From Patescibacteria group bacterium (GTDB lineage: Bacteria; Patescibacteriota; Minisyncoccia; RBG-13-40-8-A), in contig JAZDGD010000009.1 in the NCBI GenBank assembly GCA_043807255.1, forward strand, positions 29,476-93,475: 64,000 bases of DNA. The letters are read 5' to 3'. The position numbers were made by a program, and so were the translations under genes. The notes beneath the pieces are model-generated. The model was given only the letters and a program-made list of their open reading frames with translations. It was not told where the DNA came from and searched no databases. Shown here one piece after another: positions 38,390 through 48,158 of this stretch. Numbering within the stretch: position 1 is the stretch's first letter; the number at the start of each line of letters is the position of its first letter.

Positions 38390-40927
38390 TTATACTCCGC
38401 CACCGATTTCGCTTGCTTCAATTTTTACAAAATCACCACGTTTTAAGTCTTGTTCTAAAATTATTTTTGCAACCCGACTCTCAACTTCGTCTTGAATTGC
38501 CCTTCTCATCGGCCTTGCACCAAATTCTGGTTTATATCCAATTTTAACAATTTTCTCAATTAAATCAGGAGTTATTATTAATCTCACTCCCGTACCATCT
38601 AACAATCTCTTCGATAAATCGTTCATCATTAAAATCGCAATCTTAATTAAATGTTCGTGTGCCAATGGCCTAAATACCATAACCGCATCAAAACGATTTA
38701 AAAACTCTGCTCTAAATATTCCATCTTTCATTAAATAATCAACCAAATCATCTTTAAATGTTCGCAAATCTCTCCCCTGTCTTACGCATTGTCTAATTAA
38801 TTCTGCTCCGGCATTAGAGGTTCCAATAATTATTGATTCAGAAAAATTTATTTTTCTGCCAAAAGCATCAGTCAAGAATCCTTCATCCAAAACTTGTAAA
38901 AATAAATTCAAAATATTGGGATGAGCTTTTTCAATTTCATCCAAAAGAATAACTGAAAATGGATCATCCAAAACCGCTTTTGCCAAAAGCCCTGGTTCAT
39001 CTTTTTCTAAAGAACCAATTAAACGACTAATATTAGAAATTTCTTGATATTCGGACATATCGAATCTAATCATTTTCGTTTCTGATCCAAAATACGCTTC
39101 GGCCAATGCCTTAGCTGTTTCGGTTTTTCCAACTCCAGTTGGTCCAAGAAATAAAAAACTACCAATTGGTCTTTTATGAGATTTAATGCCCACCCTTGCC
39201 CTGCGCATTGCTTGAGCGATCGCCTTTACTGCCTCTTCCTGGTCAACTACTCGCCGATGTATTCTTTGTTCTAATTCTAAAAGTTTTTTCTTTTCATCTT
39301 CTTTAATCGCACCAATTGGGATCTCTACTCTTTCGGAAATAATTCGATTAACATATTCTGGAGGAATTATTTTTTCGCCTTTTTGCTTTGCATAAATTAG
39401 AACTTCGGTTAAAATATCAATTGCTTTTTGTGGAAATGGCTTGTCTTGTATGTAACGATCCGTCAATTGAACAATGTTTCTTAAAATTTTATAACTTACA
39501 GAAATGTCGTATTGTTTTTCAAATTTTGGCAACATGTCTTGAAGAACAAAAATCACCTGTTCTTGGGTTGGCATGTTCATTTCAACTTTCACAAATAAAT
39601 TTTTCACTGATGCATTATTTTCAATGTGTCTGTGCCAACCATCGAAGGTTGTCAGACCAATGATTTGAAAATTTGAAGAATTTAAATATGGCAATAAAAT
39701 CGAGGTAATATCTATGGTCCCCGGCCCCTTGTTAACACCTAAATAATTATGTATCTCGTCGACAATTAAAATTATATTCCCCGCGCTTACTGCTTCGGAA
39801 AAAATAATTCTTAATCTCTCTAATATTTTTCCCGGATCACTAATTCCAGCCAAAACTGCTTGCATATCCAACTCCAAGATTCTTTTATCGTTCAAATTTG
39901 AAAATGATCTACCTTCAATTACTTTTTTGGCAAATCCATATGCGACCGTTGATCTACCAGACCCCGACTCTCCAACCAATAAAACATTATTCTCTCCACT
40001 ACGAGATAAAATTCTTTCAATGGCATAAATTTCTTTTTGATGGCCAAGTAAGTGTATGGACAAGTCTTGCTTTTTAAAAACATCATTAATTTCAACACTG
40101 TAGTTATCTAAATTCACAGTGTAGCCAGCCGCCCAACGCTTGCCTACGCCCCTTTTACGCAATAAGTTTTCCAGTCTCCAAAATTGACTTTTTCTTCTTA
40201 TTTCGTTTTCAATATAATCTTCCCAAACCGCAACACGATCAACGTCTTCGGGATTCATTTCGTATTTAGACAGAATGTTTATAAAATTTTCATCTTCTTC
40301 TGCGGCTGCGATTAAAAAGTCTCTAATGTCAATGTTTCTGTGAAAATGAGAAATCGCTAATGTTGTGGCCCTTTTTAGGGTGGTAATAAATTTTTGTTCA
40401 TCAATATTGTCTTCAACGCTTTTTTTCATTTCCGTGATTAATTTTTCCCGAAACAAACCCTCATCCAGTCCTAATTTGGTAAAAATTTCTTTGCCTCGCG
40501 AATCGTTCCAAAAGTTACAAACAACTGCAAAAACATTTAATCCTCTTTTTTTTCTTTGACAAAATCTTATCGATTTTATAATTGCTCTCGCAACTCTAAA
40601 ATCCAAATATTCTGCCAAATTCACATCTTTTATCTTTTCTTCGGACAGTCTTTCTGCTAATGGTTTTTTAATTAAAAAGTTCTGACGCAAGGCATCAATA
40701 AACGCAACATAAATAATGCAAACAACAAAAAAACAAACGAAAATTATAAATAAAGCAAAATTCTGTTGCGTGTTCAATCCCAAAAGTCCTGGTTTGAAAA
40801 TTCCCAAGAAAAATATCAGTGCAATGACTATAAACACCATTCCCCAAATTCGTATAAATTTAAGAGGAAAGACTTTTTCCAATTGCACCGACCTATATAC
40901 AAGATTGTTTTTTTCTAAATCAAACAT
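38390..40927 (-). CDS. ClpA/B/C-family AAA+ ATPase with N-terminal TM helices
   Basis: NNVLLVGESGSGRS, IVDEIH, FLGPTGVGKTE, LLDEIEKAH, GARPMRR. Confidence 0.9.
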   Translation of the reverse strand: MFDLEKNNLVYRSVQLEKVFPLKFIRIWGMVFIVIALIFFLGIFKPGLLGLNTQQNFALFIIFVCFFVVCIIYVAFIDALRQNFLIKKPLAERLSEEKIKDVNLAEYLDFRVARAIIKSIRFCQRKKRGLNVFAVVCNFWNDSRGKEIFTKLGLDEGLFREKLITEMKKSVEDNIDEQKFITTLKRATTLAISHFHRNIDIRDFLIAAAEEDENFINILSKYEMNPEDVDRVAVWEDYIENEIRRKSQFWRLENLLRKRGVGKRWAAGYTVNLDNYSVEINDVFKKQDLSIHLLGHQKEIYAIERILSRSGENNVLLVGESGSGRSTVAYGFAKKVIEGRSFSNLNDKRILELDMQAVLAGISDPGKILERLRIIFSEAVSAGNIILIVDEIHNYLGVNKGPGTIDITSILLPYLNSSNFQIIGLTTFDGWHRHIENNASVKNLFVKVEMNMPTQEQVIFVLQDMLPKFEKQYDISVSYKILRNIVQLTDRYIQDKPFPQKAIDILTEVLIYAKQKGEKIIPPEYVNRIISERVEIPIGAIKEDEKKKLLELEQRIHRRVVDQEEAVKAIAQAMRRARVGIKSHKRPIGSFLFLGPTGVGKTETAKALAEAYFGSETKMIRFDMSEYQEISNISRLIGSLEKDEPGLLAKAVLDDPFSVILLDEIEKAHPNILNLFLQVLDEGFLTDAFGRKINFSESIIIGTSNAGAELIRQCVRQGRDLRTFKDDLVDYLMKDGIFRAEFLNRFDAVMVFRPLAHEHLIKIAILMMNDLSKRLLDGTGVRLIITPDLIEKIVKIGYKPEFGARPMRRAIQDEVESRVAKIILEQDLKRGDFVKIEASEIGGGV

Positions 40928-40935
40928 AAGATATT

Positions 40936-41005
40936 ATTATTCGAATGATGCGAATTCTTATCCGAATCAACGAATTCGTAGATTCGGATATTTTATTTGT
41001 AGATT
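40936..41005. repeat. CGAAT/ATTCG element family A, inverted copy
   Basis: Reverse complement matches 7331-7402 and 60245-60316. Confidence 0.85.
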
Positions 41006-41378
41006 AGGATAATAAAATTATACTAAAAATTAAAAGCCCCAATATTAATAAGGGCAAAATAATCCACAAAATAAAGAATATTCCTCCAATAATAACCGTT
41101 AATACTAAATAAATAATCCCGACCAAAATTGTAAAAAATCTAATCAGAAAACCGGTTCCACGAGAAATCATATTGAATGCTAGATATTCAAAAAGTTTTT
41201 TAAAATCTAACCCCTGTGGTTTTTTTGTAATATCCCTTCTCCAGGGCGCAAATAGGGTTTTAAACAATAAGGGAATAGAAAAATAGCTTAAAGCAAAAAT
41301 AATAAAATTTCGCCAAGCGTCTAAAACGTTTCTCAGCGCCTCCCCGTAATACCATCTCCAAAACACCAAAACTATCAT
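41004..41378 (-). CDS. Small membrane protein upstream of Clp ATPase
   Basis: W.WYY, FSIPLL.KTLFAPWRR, SR..GF.IR; TM helices. Confidence 0.8.
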   Translation of the reverse strand: MIVLVFWRWYYGEALRNVLDAWRNFIIFALSYFSIPLLFKTLFAPWRRDITKKPQGLDFKKLFEYLAFNMISRGTGFLIRFFTILVGIIYLVLTVIIGGIFFILWIILPLLILGLLIFSIILLS

Positions 41379-41449
41379 ACCCCTATATTATACAATATTT
41401 TAGGAAAATAAAAAATAAACCGACAAGAAATCGGCTTATTTCCAAAAAA

Positions 41450-41500
41450 TGCGCGCGGATGGAATCGGACCATCAGTCTCTGCAATGTGAATGCAATGTT
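41450..41500 (-). pseudogene. 3' fragment of a tRNA-Val(CAC)
   Basis: AACATTGCA-TTCACAT-TGCAGAGACTGATGGTCCGATTCCATCCGCGCGCA; 5' acceptor strand and D-loop missing. Confidence 0.75.
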
Positions 41501-41523
41501 ATCGTAATTCAATAACGATAACA

Positions 41524-43056
41524 TTATCGAATAGAAGCATTCTTTGAAAGTTTTTCTGCCCAAGATGGTAGTTTTCCGCCTTGTGCATTCGGCACCATTG
41601 TCTCGGGATTTATGCCAGCTAATTTTATCATTTGTTCAAAATATTTTTTTGCAGAATCTTTTAAATTTTTAGGAGCTAATTTTGTTTCCCCTCTTTTTTG
41701 AGTTTCTTGATATGCAAGCTCGAAAGACAATTGTGTAAATCCAGCGATCATTTCATTATATGATATTTGAAGATATTTTTTGTCATCTCCGCGGTCTTTT
41801 AAATCCATTGCCCTAAAAAGTTTATTGAGGTTTTTTGGTTCTGGGGCATAACTAATCCCTCGCACAATAGAAGTACTACTTGGCATATTTTTTTTCGCAC
41901 ATGCATCTTCTGGACATAATTTTTTAAATGCCTCCATAACTTTTCCCATTTCTTCATCACTAACATTATCAGTTTGATACACAATGATTGTTTCTTGACG
42001 ATTTGCAAGTTCCCCGGTTAATTTAAAATAAATTTTATCTTGTAATCCAGTTTCTATAAGCGCATTTTTCCACGCACTTACTAATTTTTCTGGTGAGCCA
42101 GAAAGATTAGCGCTTAAATAAAACCGATTTTTTACATTTTTATCTTCATCATCTTTTCTATTAAAATGATAAAAAACGCCTTCATAAATAATTTTATCTT
42201 CTCCATAAAAATCATATAAATCTTGGGTAGCTGCAAGATATTTTTCTTTTGCCTCTTCGCTTGGCTCTTCGGGATTTTCGACAATGTTATTATAATAATA
42301 ACTTTCTTTTAATGTGCGAAAATTCTCTAAAAATACTTTTGCAGTAAATAAATCTACTTCCCCGGACTGAATTAATTGATTAATATTTTTTTTAAGCCCT
42401 AAATACATTTCACTGTAATCTGCATTTCGTTTCTTATAGTCATCTTGATCTTTAGAAAAACGCATAAGTTTCTTTGCCATACCTTCTGTCCATATTCTTT
42501 CAAGCACCTGATCAATAGATTCATTTTCATCAATTTTTTCAATATGCACATCTTGATATTGTGCAAGCTTTTCTACAAAATTTTGCCCATTCTTTTTTTC
42601 ATCTATGCCTGGTTTTGGCTTTAATTGTTCATAAACATTATTAAAAATATTCTGAGCTTGTGATAAATTTTCATTTGTTGACTCTTGTTCTATGCCTAAT
42701 CTTTTTCTAACCTCTACCAATTTTTCTTTATCCTCTTGCTCTCGTTCGGCTTTCTCTTGTGCAAAACTTTTTCTCAAAATTCTTTTCTCTCCATTAATTC
42801 CAAGAACAACAGCTTCGTAGTCTCCCTTTTCTCCTTTATTTATTATAAATCTTTCTCCTTCTTGCAGTTCGTGGTATGTGCCATCAGGTGCGACTATCCC
42901 TTTTTCTGTCCTTTGCCCATTTTTTCCTGTTTCTATTTTTGATTGCCAAAGAGTATCCTCGGGTACAACACCACCTGGTCGCTTTGTTTCGTTAGAAACA
43001 ATATTTGGTTCTATATTTTCCGCGGGGTTAAATTGTGGTTCTTTATCAAGTTTCAT
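41524..43056 (-). CDS. Hypothetical protein (possible HopA1-like C-terminal domain)
   Basis: 510 aa; RFYL...YFK....RQETIIVY...GISYAPEP...SYNE; family call tentative. Confidence 0.7.
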   Translation of the reverse strand: MKLDKEPQFNPAENIEPNIVSNETKRPGGVVPEDTLWQSKIETGKNGQRTEKGIVAPDGTYHELQEGERFIINKGEKGDYEAVVLGINGEKRILRKSFAQEKAEREQEDKEKLVEVRKRLGIEQESTNENLSQAQNIFNNVYEQLKPKPGIDEKKNGQNFVEKLAQYQDVHIEKIDENESIDQVLERIWTEGMAKKLMRFSKDQDDYKKRNADYSEMYLGLKKNINQLIQSGEVDLFTAKVFLENFRTLKESYYYNNIVENPEEPSEEAKEKYLAATQDLYDFYGEDKIIYEGVFYHFNRKDDEDKNVKNRFYLSANLSGSPEKLVSAWKNALIETGLQDKIYFKLTGELANRQETIIVYQTDNVSDEEMGKVMEAFKKLCPEDACAKKNMPSSTSIVRGISYAPEPKNLNKLFRAMDLKDRGDDKKYLQISYNEMIAGFTQLSFELAYQETQKRGETKLAPKNLKDSAKKYFEQMIKLAGINPETMVPNAQGGKLPSWAEKLSKNASIR

Positions 43057-43061
43057 AAATA

Positions 43062-43595
43062 TTATTCTAAAAACTTATTTTTTAAAAATTTAGCAAAATC
43101 ATTCATTTCTTTCTGATAAATCAATAGTTTTTCTTTTTGTTCTACGTCGGAAATTATCGGCATTCTTTCTACGCTCATGCTTTGAATCCGAAATCCACCA
43201 TAAATACCGATATTACTAAAATTTAATTTCGCATCAAATGGTGTCTCTCTGTCTTTATAGAATTCTTCAAGCAATTCCATTGTTTTGACTCTATGTTTCA
43301 AATTTTCCACAATCCATTCTTTTTCTTTCTCCCCGCCTTCTTCCCATCCTCCCGGCTCTGGCGCATAAACCTCAATCCACGGAAATGATGCACCCTTTTC
43401 TTGCAAATGGCCTTCGCAGGATTGACTGGTTGGAATCCCCCAAACATTTAAAGCCACTACAGCATCTTTTATTTCTTTATCAATCGGCATTCCTAATTTA
43501 TCGGCAATTTCATCAACTTGTCTTTCAATATCTTTAATCCGACCTTCCCTTTCAGATTCGGGTTTTGTTTCAAAGTTTGGGTTTTCTCTGTTCAT
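43062..43595 (-). CDS. Hypothetical protein with T..SCEGH motif
   Basis: D.LG..ID..I...V.ALN..GIPT..SCEGH...PWI. Confidence 0.75.
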   Translation of the reverse strand: MNRENPNFETKPESEREGRIKDIERQVDEIADKLGMPIDKEIKDAVVALNVWGIPTSQSCEGHLQEKGASFPWIEVYAPEPGGWEEGGEKEKEWIVENLKHRVKTMELLEEFYKDRETPFDAKLNFSNIGIYGGFRIQSMSVERMPIISDVEQKEKLLIYQKEMNDFAKFLKNKFLE

Positions 43596-43646
43596 GTTTC
43601 TATTCTACCAAAAAATCGCCTCAATTAAAAGACGATTTCAATAATT

Positions 43647-43718
43647 TGGACGCGAGAGGGATCGGACCTCTGACCTTTCCGATGTGAACGGAACGCTCTA
43701 CCACTGAGCCACGCGTCC
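43647..43718 (-). tRNA. tRNA-Val(CAC)
   Basis: GGACGCG...CGCGTCCA acceptor; TTCCG-TTCACAT-CGGAA anticodon arm. Confidence 0.92.
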
Positions 43719-43987
43719 TAATCAATTGACTCTGGTAGTATATCAAGTTTTAATCTATCTTTCAAAAATCTTCTGCCAAAACCTGTTTTAAAATATTTTT
43801 CTCTTTTTATTGCACTTTTTTCGTCCAAGCAAGCTTCATAATAAATTAATTCTATGGGTCTTCTATTTTTTGTAGAATCAACTTTTCCTGCTTGATGTTC
43901 TTCAAATCTTCTCTTTAAATTTTCTGTATACCCAATATAATGCTTCTTGTCTTTTAAACTTAACAATACGTAAGTATAATAAAACAC
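43718..43987 (-). CDS. GIY-YIG nuclease (small stand-alone)
   Basis: YTYVL...YIGYT.NL.RR..EH, LIYYE, AIKREKYFK. Confidence 0.9.
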   Translation of the reverse strand: MFYYTYVLLSLKDKKHYIGYTENLKRRFEEHQAGKVDSTKNRRPIELIYYEACLDEKSAIKREKYFKTGFGRRFLKDRLKLDILPESID

Positions 43988-44050
43988 GTTAATGTGAATG
44001 CAATGTTCCCTGCCCGCAACGCCAGCAAGCTGGCTTGCGTGGCGGGCGGG

Positions 44051-44734
44051 TTACCACAAATTCAGCTTGTTAATCAAAACGTCCTTATTCTCGTTAATCA
44101 AGTCTCTAACAAAACGGTCATACATATCATAACGATAATTAAATTCTTTTGCTGACATTGTGACAAAATTTAATTCCTTGCCTACCTCCGCTTCCAGGTC
44201 CTTGGAAAAAGTTGTTAATTTTCTTGTATTTATCTTGTCACCCACAATCAATAAATCCGCTCCGTCGGCTTCATTGTTTCTAAAAATTCCACCCAAAACC
44301 AAAAGCTTAACATTGCCAATTTTTCGTACATTATTAATCAATTCACCTTTTGAGGAAATTGTTGATTTTAAAATTAAGTCTTTTAATTCTTTCAAAAAGT
44401 CAAAATTATTATTCAAAGAATAAACTATTCTCCCCTGTTTTTTTCTGCTTTCAATCAGGCCAATTCTTTCTAATTTTTTAATTTCTTGTTTTACGGCAGA
44501 ATTATTCGTTCTTACCATTTTCAGAATTTCTCTAACCTGAAAGGCATCAACCGAATTTCTAAAAAAGAATTTCATCAATTTTACCTTTGCCAACGATTCA
44601 AATAACTGCTCTAATGTCCCCTTGCCTATTATGTTTTTGGCCTTTTGTCGGGATTTGTGCTTTAAAATTCGCTTCCTCGCCTTTTTGACGGGTTTTTTGG
44701 TCATTTTCTTGGTTTTCTTTATCTTCTTTTTCAT
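44051..44734 (-). CDS. HTH protein with C-terminal nucleotidyltransferase-like domain
   Basis: LF.S...VKL..FF, E...L..IGL; G.F.....ADLLIVG. Confidence 0.65.
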   Translation of the reverse strand: MKKKIKKTKKMTKKPVKKARKRILKHKSRQKAKNIIGKGTLEQLFESLAKVKLMKFFFRNSVDAFQVREILKMVRTNNSAVKQEIKKLERIGLIESRKKQGRIVYSLNNNFDFLKELKDLILKSTISSKGELINNVRKIGNVKLLVLGGIFRNNEADGADLLIVGDKINTRKLTTFSKDLEAEVGKELNFVTMSAKEFNYRYDMYDRFVRDLINENKDVLINKLNLW

Positions 44735-44798
44735 ATGCTTTCATCCTACATCTTAATTCCCCTTTTGTAAAGGTTTTTTTAATGGTAAAATAATATTA

Positions 44799-46784
44799 AT
44801 GGATTCAGAAAATCTTAATTTATATTACCGAGAAATTGTCTATCAAGACCCCAAAAAGAAAAAAGATTCAATTTGCGGGGTTTTTTCGTATGAAGCGATA
44901 AACAAACAAGACCTGGGACTAGGCAATCTTTATATTGTAGGAGAAATTACAAATATTCCCAAGAAAAAATATAAAAATTCTGACTTTATTTTAAACCTCT
45001 TAAGTTCGGCAATTAGGAGAGATTTTTATTCTAACCCACAAAGAAACACGCTGGAAGCATTAGAGTCAGCGCTTCAAAGCGCAAATATTTATTTAACCGA
45101 TTTCGTTAAAAAGGGACACAATGAATGGATTAACAATCTGCATTTTACTTGTTTAACCTTTTCTGGAAACAATATTCACGTGGGTCAAACCGGAGAAATG
45201 ATCGTACAATTGTTCCGCAACAACACAATGTCTAATATCAGTAGAAAATTTGAAACACCAGAAATCCCAGAGCCAACAAAAACATTTTCCAATATTGCCA
45301 GCGGAGAGATAGAAAAAGGCGACAAAATATTAATTAGCACTACCAATATTTCAAAAATTCTACCCTCTTCCAAAATAAAAGAAATAATTTCCAGTTCCAC
45401 TACCGACAAACTTTATCACTACATTAAAAACAATTTATCAGAATCAAGTTCATTGGCTTGCCTACTATTGGATGCGGCAACTCAAAAACCGGAAGAAGCT
45501 CCGACCGCAATCCAAGCCCAAGTCAGGACAGAAACCAGAAAAGAAGGGCCAACTAATTTTGGGTTAAACCTTAGGCAATCAATTGATTTTAAAATGGAAA
45601 AAATAGATCAAATTATAAAAGATCAAATTACTTTTCCTAATAAAATAACGATCTTTTTTCTAAAACATCAAATTATAAAATATTTTTTAATTTTATTTAT
45701 CGGATTAACAATTATCATTTCTCCGTACTTGATTTTGAAAATCAGTTATGACATTAAAATTAGACAAATAAACGAATTAATTCAACGCACACAGGAGAAT
45801 GTCGAACGCAGTAAGTTGTCTTTGGTCTACCAAAATCAACCAGAAGCAAAAACATTTTTAAAACAAGCGACTGTTTTTTTGGAAAATGCAAATTTATTAT
45901 TTGCCAACCTTCCTTTGGACGCAAAAAATAAAGTATCCAATAATCTACAATTAATACAGGGTCTGCTTGATCAACAAAAAAATAGTCTAAATAATGTTAT
46001 CAATATTCAGTTACCAGAAAAAATTACTGATTTATCACAAAGCGTCTATCCATTCAACCCCCAGGGATTAGTAAAACTAGAAAACCTGATTTATCTCTAC
46101 GAATTGAATTCTGGATTTTTGCATCAAATCGATTTAATTGATAACTCTTCAAAGCTTATATTCCTCTCATCAAAAGACACATTTAAACTCGGAACAGCTA
46201 CAGACAACGAAGTGCTATTGTTGGCCAACCCAGAAAAAATCGCTGTTTATAATTATAATGAAAATTACAATATCTATTTGCTTAAACCAAATCTAGAAAA
46301 CACCCTAAACATCAAAAGCATGACGAGTTATGATGATAATCTATTCTTTCTGGATGTCCAAAGATTAAATGTGTTTAAATATTCTAAAACCGAAGATATT
46401 TTAAACGGCTCGCAATGGATTATGAAAGGCCCAACTGACGAATTAAAAGACGCAACCTCTATTGCTGTAGATGGCGACATATATATTTCATTAAACACTG
46501 GAAAAATTATTCAATACTCCCAAGGCAAAAAAAATAAAGAATTAAAAATTGACATCTCCCCCGCCCTAATCAACGCAGAAAAATTATTTACTCAGTCCGA
46601 TTTCAAAAATTTATATATCCTAGATAAGACAAACAGCAGAATTATTTCTTATAATAAGAAAGATGGATTAATAAAACAATATTTTCTTTCTGGGCTTAAC
46701 AATCTTAAAGACTTTTGGGTTGATTATGACGAAAGCATAATTTATCTACTAAACGGTTCAGAAGTTTATAAAATAGAAATCTAA
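44799..46784 (+). CDS. Hypothetical membrane protein (PP2C-like N-terminus, TM, beta-propeller-like C-terminus)
   Basis: 661 aa; TM near residue 300; SIAVDGDIY and LYILDK..SRI repeats. Confidence 0.65.
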   Translation: MDSENLNLYYREIVYQDPKKKKDSICGVFSYEAINKQDLGLGNLYIVGEITNIPKKKYKNSDFILNLLSSAIRRDFYSNPQRNTLEALESALQSANIYLTDFVKKGHNEWINNLHFTCLTFSGNNIHVGQTGEMIVQLFRNNTMSNISRKFETPEIPEPTKTFSNIASGEIEKGDKILISTTNISKILPSSKIKEIISSSTTDKLYHYIKNNLSESSSLACLLLDAATQKPEEAPTAIQAQVRTETRKEGPTNFGLNLRQSIDFKMEKIDQIIKDQITFPNKITIFFLKHQIIKYFLILFIGLTIIISPYLILKISYDIKIRQINELIQRTQENVERSKLSLVYQNQPEAKTFLKQATVFLENANLLFANLPLDAKNKVSNNLQLIQGLLDQQKNSLNNVINIQLPEKITDLSQSVYPFNPQGLVKLENLIYLYELNSGFLHQIDLIDNSSKLIFLSSKDTFKLGTATDNEVLLLANPEKIAVYNYNENYNIYLLKPNLENTLNIKSMTSYDDNLFFLDVQRLNVFKYSKTEDILNGSQWIMKGPTDELKDATSIAVDGDIYISLNTGKIIQYSQGKKNKELKIDISPALINAEKLFTQSDFKNLYILDKTNSRIISYNKKDGLIKQYFLSGLNNLKDFWVDYDESIIYLLNGSEVYKIEI

Positions 46785-46823
46785 CAGACCACGAATTACT
46801 AATCTGTACGAATATACAGATAA

Positions 46824-46861
46824 AAACAGAAACGCCCTGCAGTTGCAGGACGTTTCTGTTT
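46824..46861. terminator. Bidirectional terminator
   Basis: AAACAGAAACGCCCTGC-AGTT-GCAGGACGTTTCTGTTT between convergent genes. Confidence 0.75.
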
Positions 46862-46951
46862 GGAGGCCGAACCTCCGCCTATTATTTCAATTCAATCGTT
46901 GCACCAATCCCGATCTCTATCGAGGATCCCGACCCGAGGTCGGGACTGCAC

Positions 46952-47359
46952 CTATTTAAGCTCTACGGTGGCTCCAACGCCTTCTAACCTTGTTTTTAAC
47001 TCTTCTGCATCTTCTTTCTTAAGATTTTCCTTAATAACTTTCGGAGCCGCGTCAACAATTGCTTTTGATTCCTTTAATCCAAGCCCAGAAATTTCACCGA
47101 TGATTTTAATAACCTGAATCTTTTGATCTCCAGCTGATTTTAATTCGACATTAAAAGCTGTTTTTTCAACTTCGACGCTCGCTTCTGGCGAGGTCGGAGT
47201 CCCGACTCCCGCGGACGTCGGGATTGCCGCACTAACTCCAAATTTTTCTTCTAAAACTTTAACAAGTTCAGACAAATCCATAACAGTCATTTTTTCAATT
47301 TCATCAACTAATTTTTTGAATTTTTCTGGAACCTTTACGTCCTTGTTTTTTTCAGTCAT
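46952..47359 (-). CDS. rplL: 50S ribosomal protein L7/L12
   Basis: LEEKFGVSA, KIQVIK, GLGLKESK, GATVELK. Confidence 0.96.
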   Translation of the reverse strand: MTEKNKDVKVPEKFKKLVDEIEKMTVMDLSELVKVLEEKFGVSAAIPTSAGVGTPTSPEASVEVEKTAFNVELKSAGDQKIQVIKIIGEISGLGLKESKAIVDAAPKVIKENLKKEDAEELKTRLEGVGATVELK

Positions 47360-47368
47360 CTTATTATG

Positions 47369-47453
47369 ATGCCAATCTACTAATCTTATGCCAATCTACA
47401 GACTGCGAATTCGCAGTTCGCATAATTGGCATTAAATTCGCATATTCGCATTA
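47369..47453. repeat. CGAAT/ATTCG element family B, copy 1 (rplJ-rplL spacer)
   Basis: Near-identical to 62994-63078. Confidence 0.9.
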
Positions 47454-47966
47454 TGATTTATTGCTTATCGCACTTAATACTCCAATCAAATTCCTTAAAT
47501 TGCCCTGCAATACGTTTGCAAAACCACTGATTGGACTCTTTATTGAACCAACTAATTTGGCCAATAAAATTTCTCGAGAAGGAATTTTTGATAACTCTTT
47601 AATTTCTAATGCCGACAAAACTCTGCCTTCAACCATACCGCCTAAAATTTTAAATTTATCATTGGTTTTGGCTAGCTTAGTAAGAACCTTGATTAAAGAT
47701 ATCGGATCGCCATATCCAAAACTTGATGCCAAAGAACCACTAAATTCTGACAAATCCATTTCTTTGCCTTCTTTTTTGAGAGCCAATTTCATTAAAGTTT
47801 TCTTCGCAACTCTATATTCCCCTTCTAGTTTTCGAAGTTCTTTTCGAATAATTTGAATGTCTTTAACCTTAACCCCTTTGGCGTCGGTAAAAATCAAAGA
47901 TTTCTGGCGTTTAATTTTGTCAGCTAACTCCTCTACAATTTCCTGTTTTTGTTTTTTTGTTAACAT
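47451..47966 (-). CDS. rplJ: 50S ribosomal protein L10
   Basis: K.QK..IV, VAKKTL, LSKIPSRE.LLA; start at MLTKK. Confidence 0.95.
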   Translation of the reverse strand: MLTKKQKQEIVEELADKIKRQKSLIFTDAKGVKVKDIQIIRKELRKLEGEYRVAKKTLMKLALKKEGKEMDLSEFSGSLASSFGYGDPISLIKVLTKLAKTNDKFKILGGMVEGRVLSALEIKELSKIPSREILLAKLVGSIKSPISGFANVLQGNLRNLIGVLSAISNKS

Positions 47967-47974
47967 TGTTTTTT

Positions 47975-48090
47975 TAATTAAAAATCTGCGACCTTTCCGC
48001 AGACAAACCTCTAAACTTATGGATATTAAACCCACAAATTTTCAGTCTCGACAGGATTTAAGCTTTCGCAACCTGTTGTCTACGACCATC
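47975..48090 (-). ncRNA. Ribosomal protein L10 leader
   Basis: CGTAGACAACAGG...TTAAATCCTGTCGAG upstream of rplJ resembles the L10 leader core. Confidence 0.7.
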
Positions 48091-48158
48091 TAATTATGCA
48101 TTAATAGTATTACAATTTTAAACCGTTGTCAAGCTTGCCCGCCTCTGACGAGATACCC

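Noticed and set aside
41500-43991. Group I intron in tRNA-Val
   Set aside because: The 17-bp duplication, internal tRNA and missing 5' acceptor strand fit integration; no intron core is recognisable.
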